Assembly: GCA_016712475.1 (NCBI GenBank)
Contig: JADJRA010000001.1
Span: forward strand, 1,797,414-1,861,413
Length of the DNA stretch: 64,000 bases
From: Deltaproteobacteria bacterium
GTDB lineage: Bacteria; Myxococcota_A; Polyangia; Nannocystales; Nannocystaceae
Direction: 5' to 3'
Shown here: in pieces, positions 17,919 to 26,654 of the stretch
Numbering within the stretch: the stretch's first letter is position 1
Layout: each line of letters starts with the position of its first letter
Notes under the pieces: generated by a model
Databases searched by the model: none
Told to the model about the DNA's origin: nothing
The model's input: only the letters and a program-made list of their open reading frames with translations
Translations under genes and position numbers: made by a program

Positions 17919-20759
17919 TCACCGCAGGTCGTCGTGCTCGCGCAGCCACGCCTGCACGGCGGCCAGATCGAGCGGCGTCTTCTCGGGATGCTCGCGGTAG
18001 AGCGCGAGGGCTTCGCGCGCCAGCGACAGCGCTCGTGCTCGCTCGCGTGGCTGCGTCCAGAGCACACGAGCGAGGGCCCAACGCGTGGCCGCGAGCTCGT
18101 CGCTCGGCAAGGGCTCGCTGGCTTGCAACGCCAGCGCGCGCTCGAGCACAGGGCGAGCCTCGGCCACCTGGCCCGCGCGCAGCTGCGCCTCGCCCAGCAG
18201 CGTCAAGAACGACGCGAGCTTGATGTGCTCCGGGCCGAACTTGGACTCATAGATCGCGATCGCCCGCGAGACGTGCTCGCGGGCGTCATCGAGACGCGCG
18301 AGCTCGATCTCGGTCGCCGCGAGGTACGACAGTGCGCGCGCGAGGTCGGGGTGGTTGGGCCCCAGCGCGGCCTCACGCAGCGCACACACGCGGAGATAGC
18401 CCTCGCGCGCGGCATCGAGGTTGCCCAGCGACATCTCGTCGCTCGCGAGGTTGCCGAGCGCCATCGTCGTGATCGGATGCTCGGGCCCGTATACCCGCGA
18501 CGCGAGCTCGTAAGCCCGCTGATCGAGATCGCGGGCACTCGCATGCTCCCCGCGCGCATCCTCGGTGACACCCAGCGACAGCAGCGACGACACCAACTCC
18601 GGGTGATCGGGCGGCAACGATCGCTCGCGGATCAACAGCGCACGCTCGATCAGCACGCGGGCCTCGTCGTAACGACCCACCTGCACCAACGCCGTGCCGA
18701 GGTTGTCGATCGCGAAGGCGGTGTCGGGGTGGTCGGCACCGAGCGCTGCTTGGCTGTCGTCCGCGAGTCGCCGCATGATGTCGAGCGCGATCGTGGTGTC
18801 GCCCAGCTGCAATCGGATCGCCGCGAGCAACGTGTCGGCGCGAGATGCCTCGGGACTGCCGACGATGGTCGTCTCGCGGGAGCTCTGCGCCGCCAGCTCG
18901 GCATACGCGTGCGCGAGCGGCAGCTCGCCCATCTCCATCAGCGAGAGCGCCAGATGCGAGAACAGGCGCGTGCGGAGATACGAATCCTGATCGCCGGCTC
19001 GCATGCGATGCAGCTGCGCCCGCTCGGCCCACGCGAGCCCGTCCTCGAAGCGCCGCATCCGCGCGCCGATGAGTGCGAGCAGGCTGGCCGCCGCATGCGC
19101 GGCCTCCTGCTCGAGGCCGGCACCGGCGGCGCGGTAGTACGCGTCGAGCATCATGGCCTCGGCGCGCGGCAGCTGCCCGACCTCGCCGAGCTGCAGCGAC
19201 AGCCGCATGCGGCTCTCGACCACCAGCGGTACCCAGGCGAGTCGATCGGCCTGCGCGACCGCGGACTCGAGCGACTCGAGCATCTCGTCGATGCGGCCGG
19301 TCAGCCGCGTGGCGGCGGCGCTGGCGAGGTGTTCGCGAATCGACGCGATCTCGTCGTCGGCACCTGCAGGCTGCGCAGGCTGTCGTAGCAGCGCATCGTC
19401 GTCGAGGCAGGTGGCGACGCTGGGCAGCGAGAGCGCGGCACCGGCCGCCAGCCGTAGCATCGCGGTATCGGCGGTCGGCAGGCGGTGCACCAGGCCTGCG
19501 AGCACGAGCTGGCGGTTCGCGAGGCAGGCATCGGCGCGCGCGACGAGCTCGCGATCCCAATCACGCGCGAGCTCGGCATGACCACACACCTCCGCGCGCG
19601 CGGTCGCGAGTTCCGCGGCGTAGGCATCGAGCCGCGCTTCGACCCGCTCGTCGGTGGCGGCGGCGTAGCCCGCCCCGGTCGCCAGCAGGCCCTCGCGCAC
19701 CGCCGTGCGCACGCCGTCGTCGACGCCCGGCCACACCGCGACGATCGACTCGCCCGCCTCGGCGCAGCCGGCCGCACGGCGTCGTTCGTCGAGTTCCTGC
19801 CAGCCCCACCGCATCGACGCCACCGCGACCACGAGCCCGAGCGCACCGAGGGCGACGCGACGGCGCCTGCGCGCACGCAGCTGGGCGAGCGCGTCGAGCA
19901 GCGCATCCATCGACGCAAAGCGACGGGTGGGGTCGGCCTCGAGCCCACGCGCGAGCACCCGACGCAGCGCGGGCTCGGGCTGCGCGACCATGGGGTGCTC
20001 GCCGCGATCGGGCTCCTGCGTGACGCGGCTGTTGGGTCGCACGCCGCACAGCGCCTCCCAGGCGCTCACGCAGAAGGCGTACTGATCGGAGCGGGCATCG
20101 GCGGTGGCCCCCGCGAACAGCTCGGGCGCCATGTACCCCGGCGTGCCCGCGATGCGAGCACCAGTTGCGTTGGACTCGGCCGGTGTCGGCGCGCTGCCGT
20201 CCGATTCGTACCCATCGACGCCGCTGGCGATCGCGAGGCCGAAGTCCAGCACGCGCACGCGCCCATCGTCGCCGAGCATCGCGTTGTCGAGCTTGAAGTC
20301 GCGATGCACGATCCCGACCGCGTGCGCGGCCGCGAGCGCACGACCGGCCTGCACGAGCAGCTGCAGCACCGCGCGGGGGCGCCGATGCGCCGCGCGCAAC
20401 CACGTCCGCAGCGTCTGCCCCTGCACCTGCTCCATCGCCACGAACAGCTGCCCCTCGTGCGTGCCGACCTCGAAGACCGCGACGACATTGGGGTGGTTCA
20501 GCTGCGCCAGTGCCCGCGCCTCGCTACGCAGCTGCTCGGGGTCGGCCGCGTGCGCGTGCAACAGCTTGATCGCGACCCCCCGGTCCAACAGCGGATCGAA
20601 CGCCGCGTAGACGCTGCCCATCCCACCACGCCCGAGCGTGGCGACGATGCGATAGCGACCGATGCACTGCAGCGGCGTGCTCGGATCGAACAGCCGCTGC
20701 TGTACGATCGCCTGCGTCGCGGCGGTGTCGATGCCCGGGGCCTGCTCGCGCGTGTCCAT
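17919..20759 (-). CDS. serine/threonine protein kinase with C-terminal TPR repeats
   Basis: Start MDTREQAPGI. Kinase subdomains are present: GRGGMGSVYAA (Gly loop), VAIK (Lys), HRDFKLDN (catalytic loop), DFGLA, and GTPGYMAPE (activation loop). After a TM-like segment come ~500 aa of TPR-like helical repeats. The ORF track's upstream 290-codon extension is rejected. Confidence 0.8.
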   Translation of the reverse strand: MDTREQAPGIDTAATQAIVQQRLFDPSTPLQCIGRYRIVATLGRGGMGSVYAAFDPLLDRGVAIKLLHAHAADPEQLRSEARALAQLNHPNVVAVFEVGTHEGQLFVAMEQVQGQTLRTWLRAAHRRPRAVLQLLVQAGRALAAAHAVGIVHRDFKLDNAMLGDDGRVRVLDFGLAIASGVDGYESDGSAPTPAESNATGARIAGTPGYMAPELFAGATADARSDQYAFCVSAWEALCGVRPNSRVTQEPDRGEHPMVAQPEPALRRVLARGLEADPTRRFASMDALLDALAQLRARRRRRVALGALGLVVAVASMRWGWQELDERRRAAGCAEAGESIVAVWPGVDDGVRTAVREGLLATGAGYAAATDERVEARLDAYAAELATARAEVCGHAELARDWDRELVARADACLANRQLVLAGLVHRLPTADTAMLRLAAGAALSLPSVATCLDDDALLRQPAQPAGADDEIASIREHLASAAATRLTGRIDEMLESLESAVAQADRLAWVPLVVESRMRLSLQLGEVGQLPRAEAMMLDAYYRAAGAGLEQEAAHAAASLLALIGARMRRFEDGLAWAERAQLHRMRAGDQDSYLRTRLFSHLALSLMEMGELPLAHAYAELAAQSSRETTIVGSPEASRADTLLAAIRLQLGDTTIALDIMRRLADDSQAALGADHPDTAFAIDNLGTALVQVGRYDEARVLIERALLIRERSLPPDHPELVSSLLSLGVTEDARGEHASARDLDQRAYELASRVYGPEHPITTMALGNLASDEMSLGNLDAAREGYLRVCALREAALGPNHPDLARALSYLAATEIELARLDDAREHVSRAIAIYESKFGPEHIKLASFLTLLGEAQLRAGQVAEARPVLERALALQASEPLPSDELAATRWALARVLWTQPRERARALSLAREALALYREHPEKTPLDLAAVQAWLREHDDLR

Positions 20760-20836
20760 CCCGGCGTGTGACCGACGGTGACGAATGGGAGGGCCTGCTG
20801 TCCAGGCCTGCGCGCAACCGCACCACCGGCGGGCCG

Positions 20837-21823
20837 CTAGCCGGGGTCGTCGGCCAGCGCGGGCGCGGCCGGGTCCTCGACGTGGGCGGCACACCCGGCG
20901 AAGCCGCGGCGCAGCGCGTCGGCATCGAGGGCGTAGCCGACCACGACCATGCGACCGTGGCGCGGCGTGGCGTCCCACGGCGCGCCGAAGGTGATCTCGA
21001 CCAGGTCCGCGACGCCCTGCAGGATCATCCGCTCGTCGACGCCGGCGACCGCGAGGATGCCCTTGGTGCGGAAGATGCGACCAGCGAAGGGCGCGAGCTC
21101 GGTCTCGATGAACTCGGCGAAGCGATCGCCGTCCACATCGCCGTCGAGGCTGAGCGAGACCGACTCGTAGACGTGGCGCATCCGCTTGGGCGCCGGCCCA
21201 CGGTAGACGGGCAGCTCGCCGTCTCGTGCGGCGAGCAAGGCGTCGAGCGAGCCCGAGGCCGCGATCTCGCCGCGCGCGCTGGCGACCACCACCGCCGCGC
21301 CGTTGTGCGCCGCGATCACGCGGGTGGCGTCGGCAATCGCGACGTGGTCGCACGCGTCGGTGCGCGAGAGCACCACGACGTCGGCATAGCCGACCTGTTC
21401 GACCGCGAGGTCGTGGCGCTCGAGCAGGTTCACGCGCGTGGCATCGACCACGGTGATCACACCGTCGAGGACGAACGCGCCCGAGCGACCGCCGCTGGCG
21501 ATGGCGGTGACGACACCGGCGGGTGAGGCCGCGCCAGAGGTCTCGATCAGAATCCGGCGCGGCGGGGTCGCGGTGGCCGCGATCTCGTCGAGTGCGTGCA
21601 CGAGCTCGGCCTGCGTGCTGCAGCAGATGCACCCGCCGGTGATCTCGACGAGCGTACGCACCCGCGCCGCGAGCAGCTCGCCATCGATGCCGATGTCGCC
21701 GTGTTCGTTGACGATGACCGCGACCTCACCGCGAGCGAACCCGCCCAACCACGCGTTGACGAGCGTGGTCTTGCCGGCGCCGAGGAAGCCGGTCACGACC
21801 GTCACGGGCACGGGCAGCGACAT
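20837..21823 (-). CDS. COG0523-family GTPase (CobW/YjiA/ZigA-like metal chaperone)
   Basis: Start MSLPVPVTVVTGFLGAGKTTLVN gives the P-loop. The GCICC motif (ITGGCICCSTQ) and CobW C-terminal domain are present. 328 aa. Confidence 0.75.
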   Translation of the reverse strand: MSLPVPVTVVTGFLGAGKTTLVNAWLGGFARGEVAVIVNEHGDIGIDGELLAARVRTLVEITGGCICCSTQAELVHALDEIAATATPPRRILIETSGAASPAGVVTAIASGGRSGAFVLDGVITVVDATRVNLLERHDLAVEQVGYADVVVLSRTDACDHVAIADATRVIAAHNGAAVVVASARGEIAASGSLDALLAARDGELPVYRGPAPKRMRHVYESVSLSLDGDVDGDRFAEFIETELAPFAGRIFRTKGILAVAGVDERMILQGVADLVEITFGAPWDATPRHGRMVVVGYALDADALRRGFAGCAAHVEDPAAPALADDPG

Positions 21824-21919
21824 CCCTCGCGAGTGTGGCACGCGCGACGCCTCGTCGCGAAATCCCGCGCGCGCGAGGCCATCGCGCTGCTGCCGGCGAC
21901 ACCCCGTGGTCGTCGCCGT

Positions 21920-22672
21920 ATGATCGCGGCCATGGCAAACGGCAGCGCTCATCGGGGTGTGGCGTGCTTGGTGGCGTGGCTCGTGGCGTGCGCACCACCG
22001 ACGTCGCCCAGCTCGAACGCCGCTCCGGTGGAGCCCGCGACGCCGAGCTCACCGGCGGCGCCGGTCGAGCCCGCCACGCCGACGTCGCCCGTCGAACCGG
22101 CCACGCCGGCCGCAGCGGCCACGCCGGTCGAGCCCGCCGCGCCGGCGACACCGGTGCGTGCCGACGAGACGCCGCCACCCGGCTTCACGCCGATCCCCGC
22201 CTCGCGCAAGGGCGCCTTCCCGGGTGTGGCGTTCACCGAGGTGCGGGCGTTCGCATTCGATCTGCATGTCGACGAGCGCTCGGTGTGCGGCATGCCGCTC
22301 GATGCCGACGGCACACCGTGCGAGACCGTCGAGGGACCCGGCGTGGTGCTGACCGAAGCGCAGACCAAGACGCTGCTCGCGATGCTGTCGAGCAAGAGCA
22401 CGTTCGGGTCGGGCTCGTCGTGCTTCCTGCCGCACCACGGCTTCGTGTTCTACGACGCCGCCGGCACACCGGTCGCAGAGCTCTCGCTGTGCTTCATGTG
22501 CGCGATGATGGTCGCGCTGCCCTCGCTGCCGAAGATGAAGCCGGTCCAGGGCACCGATACCTACGGGCTCAACGAGAAGTCGACCGCACGACTGCGGGCG
22601 CTGTGCCACGAGCTGGGCCTGCCGATGTGCGACGCGAAGAATCCGGCGGAGTTCTCCGGCACCGCTCGCTAG
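21920..22672 (+). CDS. lipoprotein with PVEPATP tandem repeats and conserved Cys/His-rich C-terminal domain
   Basis: MIAAMANGSAHRGVACLVAWLVACAPP lipobox. Five APVEPATP repeats (27-bp DNA units). C-terminal CGMPLDADGTPCE...SSCFLPHHGF...LCFMCAMM...LCHELGLPMCD. Divergent from the COG0523 gene with ~95 bp between starts. Confidence 0.45.
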   Translation: MIAAMANGSAHRGVACLVAWLVACAPPTSPSSNAAPVEPATPSSPAAPVEPATPTSPVEPATPAAAATPVEPAAPATPVRADETPPPGFTPIPASRKGAFPGVAFTEVRAFAFDLHVDERSVCGMPLDADGTPCETVEGPGVVLTEAQTKTLLAMLSSKSTFGSGSSCFLPHHGFVFYDAAGTPVAELSLCFMCAMMVALPSLPKMKPVQGTDTYGLNEKSTARLRALCHELGLPMCDAKNPAEFSGTAR

Positions 22673-22681
22673 CGCGCCGCT

Positions 22682-23128
22682 TCAGGGGAGTTCGGCGTCG
22701 ATCGACTCGCCGCCGAGGTAGTACCAACGCACGCCCTCGCGCACGAAGGTGCTGTGCTCGGTGAAGCTGACGTCGCGACCGTCCTGACGCAGCGCGGCGG
22801 TGAAGGTGACGCTCGCTCGACCGGCCGCGTCGTCGCGCTCGTGCGCGTGCACGGTCAGCCCCACGAACTCGGTCGCGCGACAGTAGGCCACCAGCTCCTG
22901 CTTCCACGCGCGCCGATCGGCTTGGGCGTGCGGACTCTCGGGATGGGTGGTGTCGATGAGGAAGTTCGCGTCACCCGTCGCATACGCGCTGTAGCGTGCT
23001 CGCATCAACGCCGGCGGCGTGGCCGGACGGCCACGGTGGTAGACGCCACAGCACTGCTTGAGCTTGGCACCGGAGCCGCACGGGCACGGCGCGTTGGGCG
23101 AGGGCTTCACGCCGCGCGAGCTTAGCAA
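22682..23128 (-). CDS. YchJ-family (UPF0225) protein with SEC-C zinc-binding motifs
   Basis: PCPCGSGAKLKQCCG is a SEC-C motif. 148 aa, typical of the family. Confidence 0.65.
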   Translation of the reverse strand: MLSSRGVKPSPNAPCPCGSGAKLKQCCGVYHRGRPATPPALMRARYSAYATGDANFLIDTTHPESPHAQADRRAWKQELVAYCRATEFVGLTVHAHERDDAAGRASVTFTAALRQDGRDVSFTEHSTFVREGVRWYYLGGESIDAELP

Positions 23129-23610
23129 TGAACGGCGGTGACGAGACCTGCCCGCGCCGCGGGGCCGCGGCGCTGCGGCGCTGCCGGGGTGCTATCGTCG
23201 GCGCCGTGGCACAGCTCGACCTGGTGACGCTCATCGTCGAGGAGTACGACCCTGCGATCCGATTCTTCGTCGGTGCGCTCGGCTTCGATCTCGTCGAAGA
23301 CTCGCCCTCGACCACCAACGACGGTCGCGCCAAGCGATGGGTGGTGGTGCGCCCGCCCGGCGGTCAGACCGGCCTGCTGCTCGCCCGCGCCGACGGCGAT
23401 CGTCAGCGCGACGCGATCGGCCAGCAGATGGCCGGCCGCGTGGGCCTGTTCCTGCGCGTCGACGACTTCGAGGCCAGCCATGCCCGCATGCGCGCCGCGG
23501 GGGTCGAGTTCGTCAGCGAGCCCCGCGACGAGCCCTTCGGCCGGGTCGCGATCTTCGTCGACATCGCCGGCAATCGCTGGGACCTGCTGGGCCCGCGGCC
23601 CGGTCGCTGA
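23128..23610 (+). CDS. VOC-family (glyoxalase/bleomycin-resistance/dioxygenase fold) protein
   Basis: LVTLIVEEYDPAIRFFVGALGFDLVEDSP...GLFLRVDDFEASHARMRAAGVEFVSEPRDEPFGRVAIFVDIAGNRWDLL is a typical VOC pattern. The true start is probably an internal GTG ~70 nt downstream of 23128. Confidence 0.55.
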   Translation: MNGGDETCPRRGAAALRRCRGAIVGAVAQLDLVTLIVEEYDPAIRFFVGALGFDLVEDSPSTTNDGRAKRWVVVRPPGGQTGLLLARADGDRQRDAIGQQMAGRVGLFLRVDDFEASHARMRAAGVEFVSEPRDEPFGRVAIFVDIAGNRWDLLGPRPGR

Positions 23611-23622
23611 CGCAGATCACCG

Positions 23623-24165
23623 TCACGCATGTGCAGCGGCGGCCTGCTCGACGAGGCAGGCCCGCAGCGCGTGCTTGGCCCGGTGCAGCAAGACATCGAC
23701 GTGGCCACGGGTGAGCCCGAGCGCAGCCGCGACATCCTCACCGCCCTGCTCTTCGAGCAGGCGCAGCGTGACGACCGCGCGTTGCGTGTCGCACAGCCGC
23801 GCGACGCAGGCCTGCACGCGCACGTGCTCCTCGGCGCGGGCGATCCACAGCTCGGCATCGTCGATGTCGCCGCTGGGCTCGGCGCCATCGATCGGCAGGT
23901 GGGGCTTGGCGAGATGATGCCGGCGTCGACGGTTGCGCGCGGCGTTGCGTACCATGCCGGCGAGGTACGGCCGCAGGGCCTCGTCGTCGTCGAGCTCCAG
24001 CTCACCCTGGGCCAGCATCGACAGCAGCGTGCACAGGCCGTCCTGCACGCAGTCGACCGCGTCCTCGGGGGCGAGGCCCTCGCGGCGGGCGACCGCGGCG
24101 AGCGCGGATCGATCCACGAGGATCAGCCGCTGCAGGAGCGCGAGGGGATCGAAGGACGCAGTCAT
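23623..24165 (-). CDS. ECF-type RNA polymerase sigma factor
   Basis: A 180-aa protein with a region 2 (...DAVDCVQDGLCTLL...) and a region 4 HTH (QRAVVTLRLLEEQGGEDVAAALGLTRGHVDVLLHRAKHALRACL). Confidence 0.7.
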   Translation of the reverse strand: MTASFDPLALLQRLILVDRSALAAVARREGLAPEDAVDCVQDGLCTLLSMLAQGELELDDDEALRPYLAGMVRNAARNRRRRHHLAKPHLPIDGAEPSGDIDDAELWIARAEEHVRVQACVARLCDTQRAVVTLRLLEEQGGEDVAAALGLTRGHVDVLLHRAKHALRACLVEQAAAAHA

Positions 24166-24239
24166 CCGTGGGTGTGAGGTGCCCGGGCCCCCGCGATCTT
24201 ACGCCGGTAAGATCGAACGCGCCCGCGACCTCCCCGGGC

Positions 24240-24563
24240 ATGTCCCCGCTGCTTCCCGACACCGTCGATGCGACCTTCCCCGCCGCCGCCGCCGCCGCAC
24301 CCACGACCGCGCTCTACTTCTCGGCGACCTGGTGCGGCCCCTGCCGCAGCTTCGGCCCGCTGCTCGAGCGCGTGATCGCCACCATGGGCGATCGCGTCGC
24401 GCTCGTGAAGGTCGACGTCGACGCGTCGCCGGAGCTCGCCGTGAAGTACGGCGTGCGCAGCGTGCCGACCGTGGTCGTGCTGCGCGACGGTGAGATGGTG
24501 GCACGCAACAGCGGTACGCTGCCCGAGGGCGGCGTGCGGCGTCTGCTCCACGCAGACGGCTGA
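24240..24563 (+). CDS. trxA: thioredoxin
   Basis: WCGPC active site. The 107-aa product (from MSPLLPD) has the thioredoxin fold pattern ...LVKVDVDASPELAVKYGVRSVPTVVVLRDGEMV. Divergent from the ECF sigma gene. Confidence 0.75.
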   Translation: MSPLLPDTVDATFPAAAAAAPTTALYFSATWCGPCRSFGPLLERVIATMGDRVALVKVDVDASPELAVKYGVRSVPTVVVLRDGEMVARNSGTLPEGGVRRLLHADG

Positions 24564-24578
24564 CGGTCGCGGCGTGAC

Positions 24579-25613
24579 TCACACTTCGGCGATCTCGGCG
24601 TGGTTCGTGCGGCGCTTCGGTGATTGTGTGGCACCGAGCAGCGCCGCGAAGCGTCGCGCCATGGCGGCCGCGCGCCGCGGACTCGGCCCCCCGAGCCCCG
24701 GTGGTGTCGCCGCCGCGGCTGCAGCAGCGCGCGTCGGCAACGCCGCCAGCGCCTGCGCACGCGCGGCTTCCACCTGCGCGCGCTGATCCGACGGCAAGCG
24801 TGCGAGCAGCCACGCGTGCACGTCGAACGCCAGCTGACCGTGCCGACACTCGTCGTCGGCGATCGTCGCGAACACCCGACGCAGCTGCACGTCGGTGAGC
24901 GCCTGCACCTGGGCAGCCGCGAGCACGGCTGCGAAGGCCTCGTCGACGCAGCCCTCGACGGCGTTGTGCAACGCGACGGCGAACAGGTCGTCGTGGCACG
25001 GCCCGGCTTCGCAGCGCGGCACCGTGGCGCCCTCGCGTGCGGCCAGCCGCGCCATCGCGTGCGCATGCCGACGTTCGTCGCGCGCCGCTGCGACGCAGCG
25101 CGACCGCAGCCCCACCGGCGCCCGGTGTCGCGCGAGCGCCCGCGCGAGCTCCTCGAAGGCCTGCACCGACGCGGCCTCGAGGTGGGCCGCGAGCGCGAAC
25201 CACCGGCCACGCCCGTCGCCCGCCACGGTCGCCGCGCGGTGCCCCTGCGGTCGCCGGCCGCAGGTCGGCTCGACCTGCTGCGACTCGATGCTCTCGACGC
25301 GGCAGCTCACCGTCACCGCGGTCTTCTCCGGCGACCATGGATCGACGACCTCGTCGGGGTCACCGGTGCTGCACGCGGTGATGTAGGTCCCGTAATCGTC
25401 GTCCACGTCGAACAGCAGGTGGCACGCCGCCTCGCAGCGCGCGTCGTCGTCGAGCTCGGCCTCGCGAACCTGCTGCACCTGCGCGGCGGTGAGGGTCCCT
25501 TGGTGCTCGGTGGTCACGGTGGTCTCGACGGTCTCGAGCCCACCGCAGCAGCAGCCGTCCGCCAGCACCGCGGCGACCAACGAGGCGAGGTGTGGGAGAT
25601 GCGTTCGCGCCAT
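24579..25613 (-). CDS. ferritin-like (di-iron four-helix) domain protein with N-terminal Cys-rich segment
   Basis: After MARTHLPHLASLVAAVLADGCCCGG come helices carrying E...ExxH-like pairs: EAASVQAFEEL, ARDERRHAHAMARL, AVEGCVDEAFAA and DDECRHGQLAFDVHAW. Confidence 0.4.
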   Translation of the reverse strand: MARTHLPHLASLVAAVLADGCCCGGLETVETTVTTEHQGTLTAAQVQQVREAELDDDARCEAACHLLFDVDDDYGTYITACSTGDPDEVVDPWSPEKTAVTVSCRVESIESQQVEPTCGRRPQGHRAATVAGDGRGRWFALAAHLEAASVQAFEELARALARHRAPVGLRSRCVAAARDERRHAHAMARLAAREGATVPRCEAGPCHDDLFAVALHNAVEGCVDEAFAAVLAAAQVQALTDVQLRRVFATIADDECRHGQLAFDVHAWLLARLPSDQRAQVEAARAQALAALPTRAAAAAAATPPGLGGPSPRRAAAMARRFAALLGATQSPKRRTNHAEIAEV

Positions 25614-25683
25614 GGCAGCCGAGGTGGTGCCGCGCCAGGCGAAACGATCACCGGTGCGCACGAGATTCTTCGCAATGCCCTAG

Positions 25684-26610
25684 CTAGCAGCCGATGCGTT
25701 GGGTCGCGAACACCACGTCGTCCACGAAGAACGACAGCCGGCGAGCGGAGGGCTCGCCATGGTTCGTGAAGCGCAGCGCGTTCCAACCAGCGGCTGCCCA
25801 GCTGCCGCGAAAGCGGATGTCGGTGACCGCGATCTGCGGCTCACCGTCGACCCAAACCCGCGCTTCGCCGTCGTCGAGGCCGGGTCGATCGAGCCGCACG
25901 AAGGCCTCGACGCAGCGCCAGCGCCCGACGTGGGCGGCATCGAACCACGGCGTGCGACCGCGGCGGGCCCACAGCCGCTGCAGGCCGCCGCGCCAGTCGT
26001 TGCGACCGTCGCAGCCCAGGCGGCCCTCGGCGTCGATGCAGCTCCAGCCCAGCGGTTCGAGCAGCGCCGGCGCCTCGGAGCGGATCGCGATCTCGGCTGC
26101 GATCGCCCACCGCGTGGGATCCATCGCGATGACCTCGCCGAGATCACCGGGCGCGTCGCGGCGCCAGTCGTCGTCGGTGCGCACGCGGTAGCGAACCCAT
26201 AGCTCGTCGAAGCGCCGGTCGGCAGCGGCGACCGCCTCGGCGCGCCCGGCCGGCTCGGGGCCCGCACCGACCCGCAGCGTGACCCAGCCACCGAAGCCGA
26301 CGTGGGCGGCTCGCGTCACCCGCAGCACGCGGTTGCCTGCGTCGGCGCCGTGCGATGGATCGGGCTCGATCGCGAAGCCGTCGTCGAACACCAACCACTC
26401 CGCGAGCTGCAGCCGCGGATCGTCGATGGCGTCGAAGTCCTGGCAGGCGATCCATGCCGCGGGCGCGGCCTCGGAGCAGCCCTCGGCGACATGCGCGTCC
26501 GTGGCCACGGCCACCTGCTGCGAGGGCGCCCGCATGTCCCCACGCGTCGACGGGCCACACGCCGTGCACGCGACGACCAGCCAAGATCCCCCACGCACGC
26601 GGTGCCGCGC
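25684..26610 (-). CDS. hypothetical protein (possible lipoprotein)
   Basis: The C-terminal ~280 aa of the 25684..27072 ORF do not overlap other calls. A possible short signal/lipobox (WLVVACTAC) is present. The start is uncertain; the alternative is Met at ~26535. No recognisable domain. Confidence 0.3.
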   Translation of the reverse strand, partial: ARHRVRGGSWLVVACTACGPSTRGDMRAPSQQVAVATDAHVAEGCSEAAPAAWIACQDFDAIDDPRLQLAEWLVFDDGFAIEPDPSHGADAGNRVLRVTRAAHVGFGGWVTLRVGAGPEPAGRAEAVAAADRRFDELWVRYRVRTDDDWRRDAPGDLGEVIAMDPTRWAIAAEIAIRSEAPALLEPLGWSCIDAEGRLGCDGRNDWRGGLQRLWARRGRTPWFDAAHVGRWRCVEAFVRLDRPGLDDGEARVWVDGEPQIAVTDIRFRGSWAAAGWNALRFTNHGEPSARRLSFFVDDVVFATQRIGC

Positions 26611-26654
26611 CACCTCGCGAACGCTACCCGATCCCCGCGTCACTGCGGGGCCGA

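Noticed and set aside
17157-19388. 743-aa + strand ORF 17157..19388 and multiple 100-400-aa ORFs across the kinase gene
   Set aside because: These are opposite-strand readings of the kinase/TPR gene, which has unambiguous Hanks kinase motifs on the - strand.
24199-25338. ORFs 24199..25338-, 24314..25210- and 24624..25769+ over thioredoxin and the ferritin-like gene
   Set aside because: Arg-rich alternate frames. Thioredoxin (WCGPC) and the ferritin-like E..H helices are in other frames or strands.
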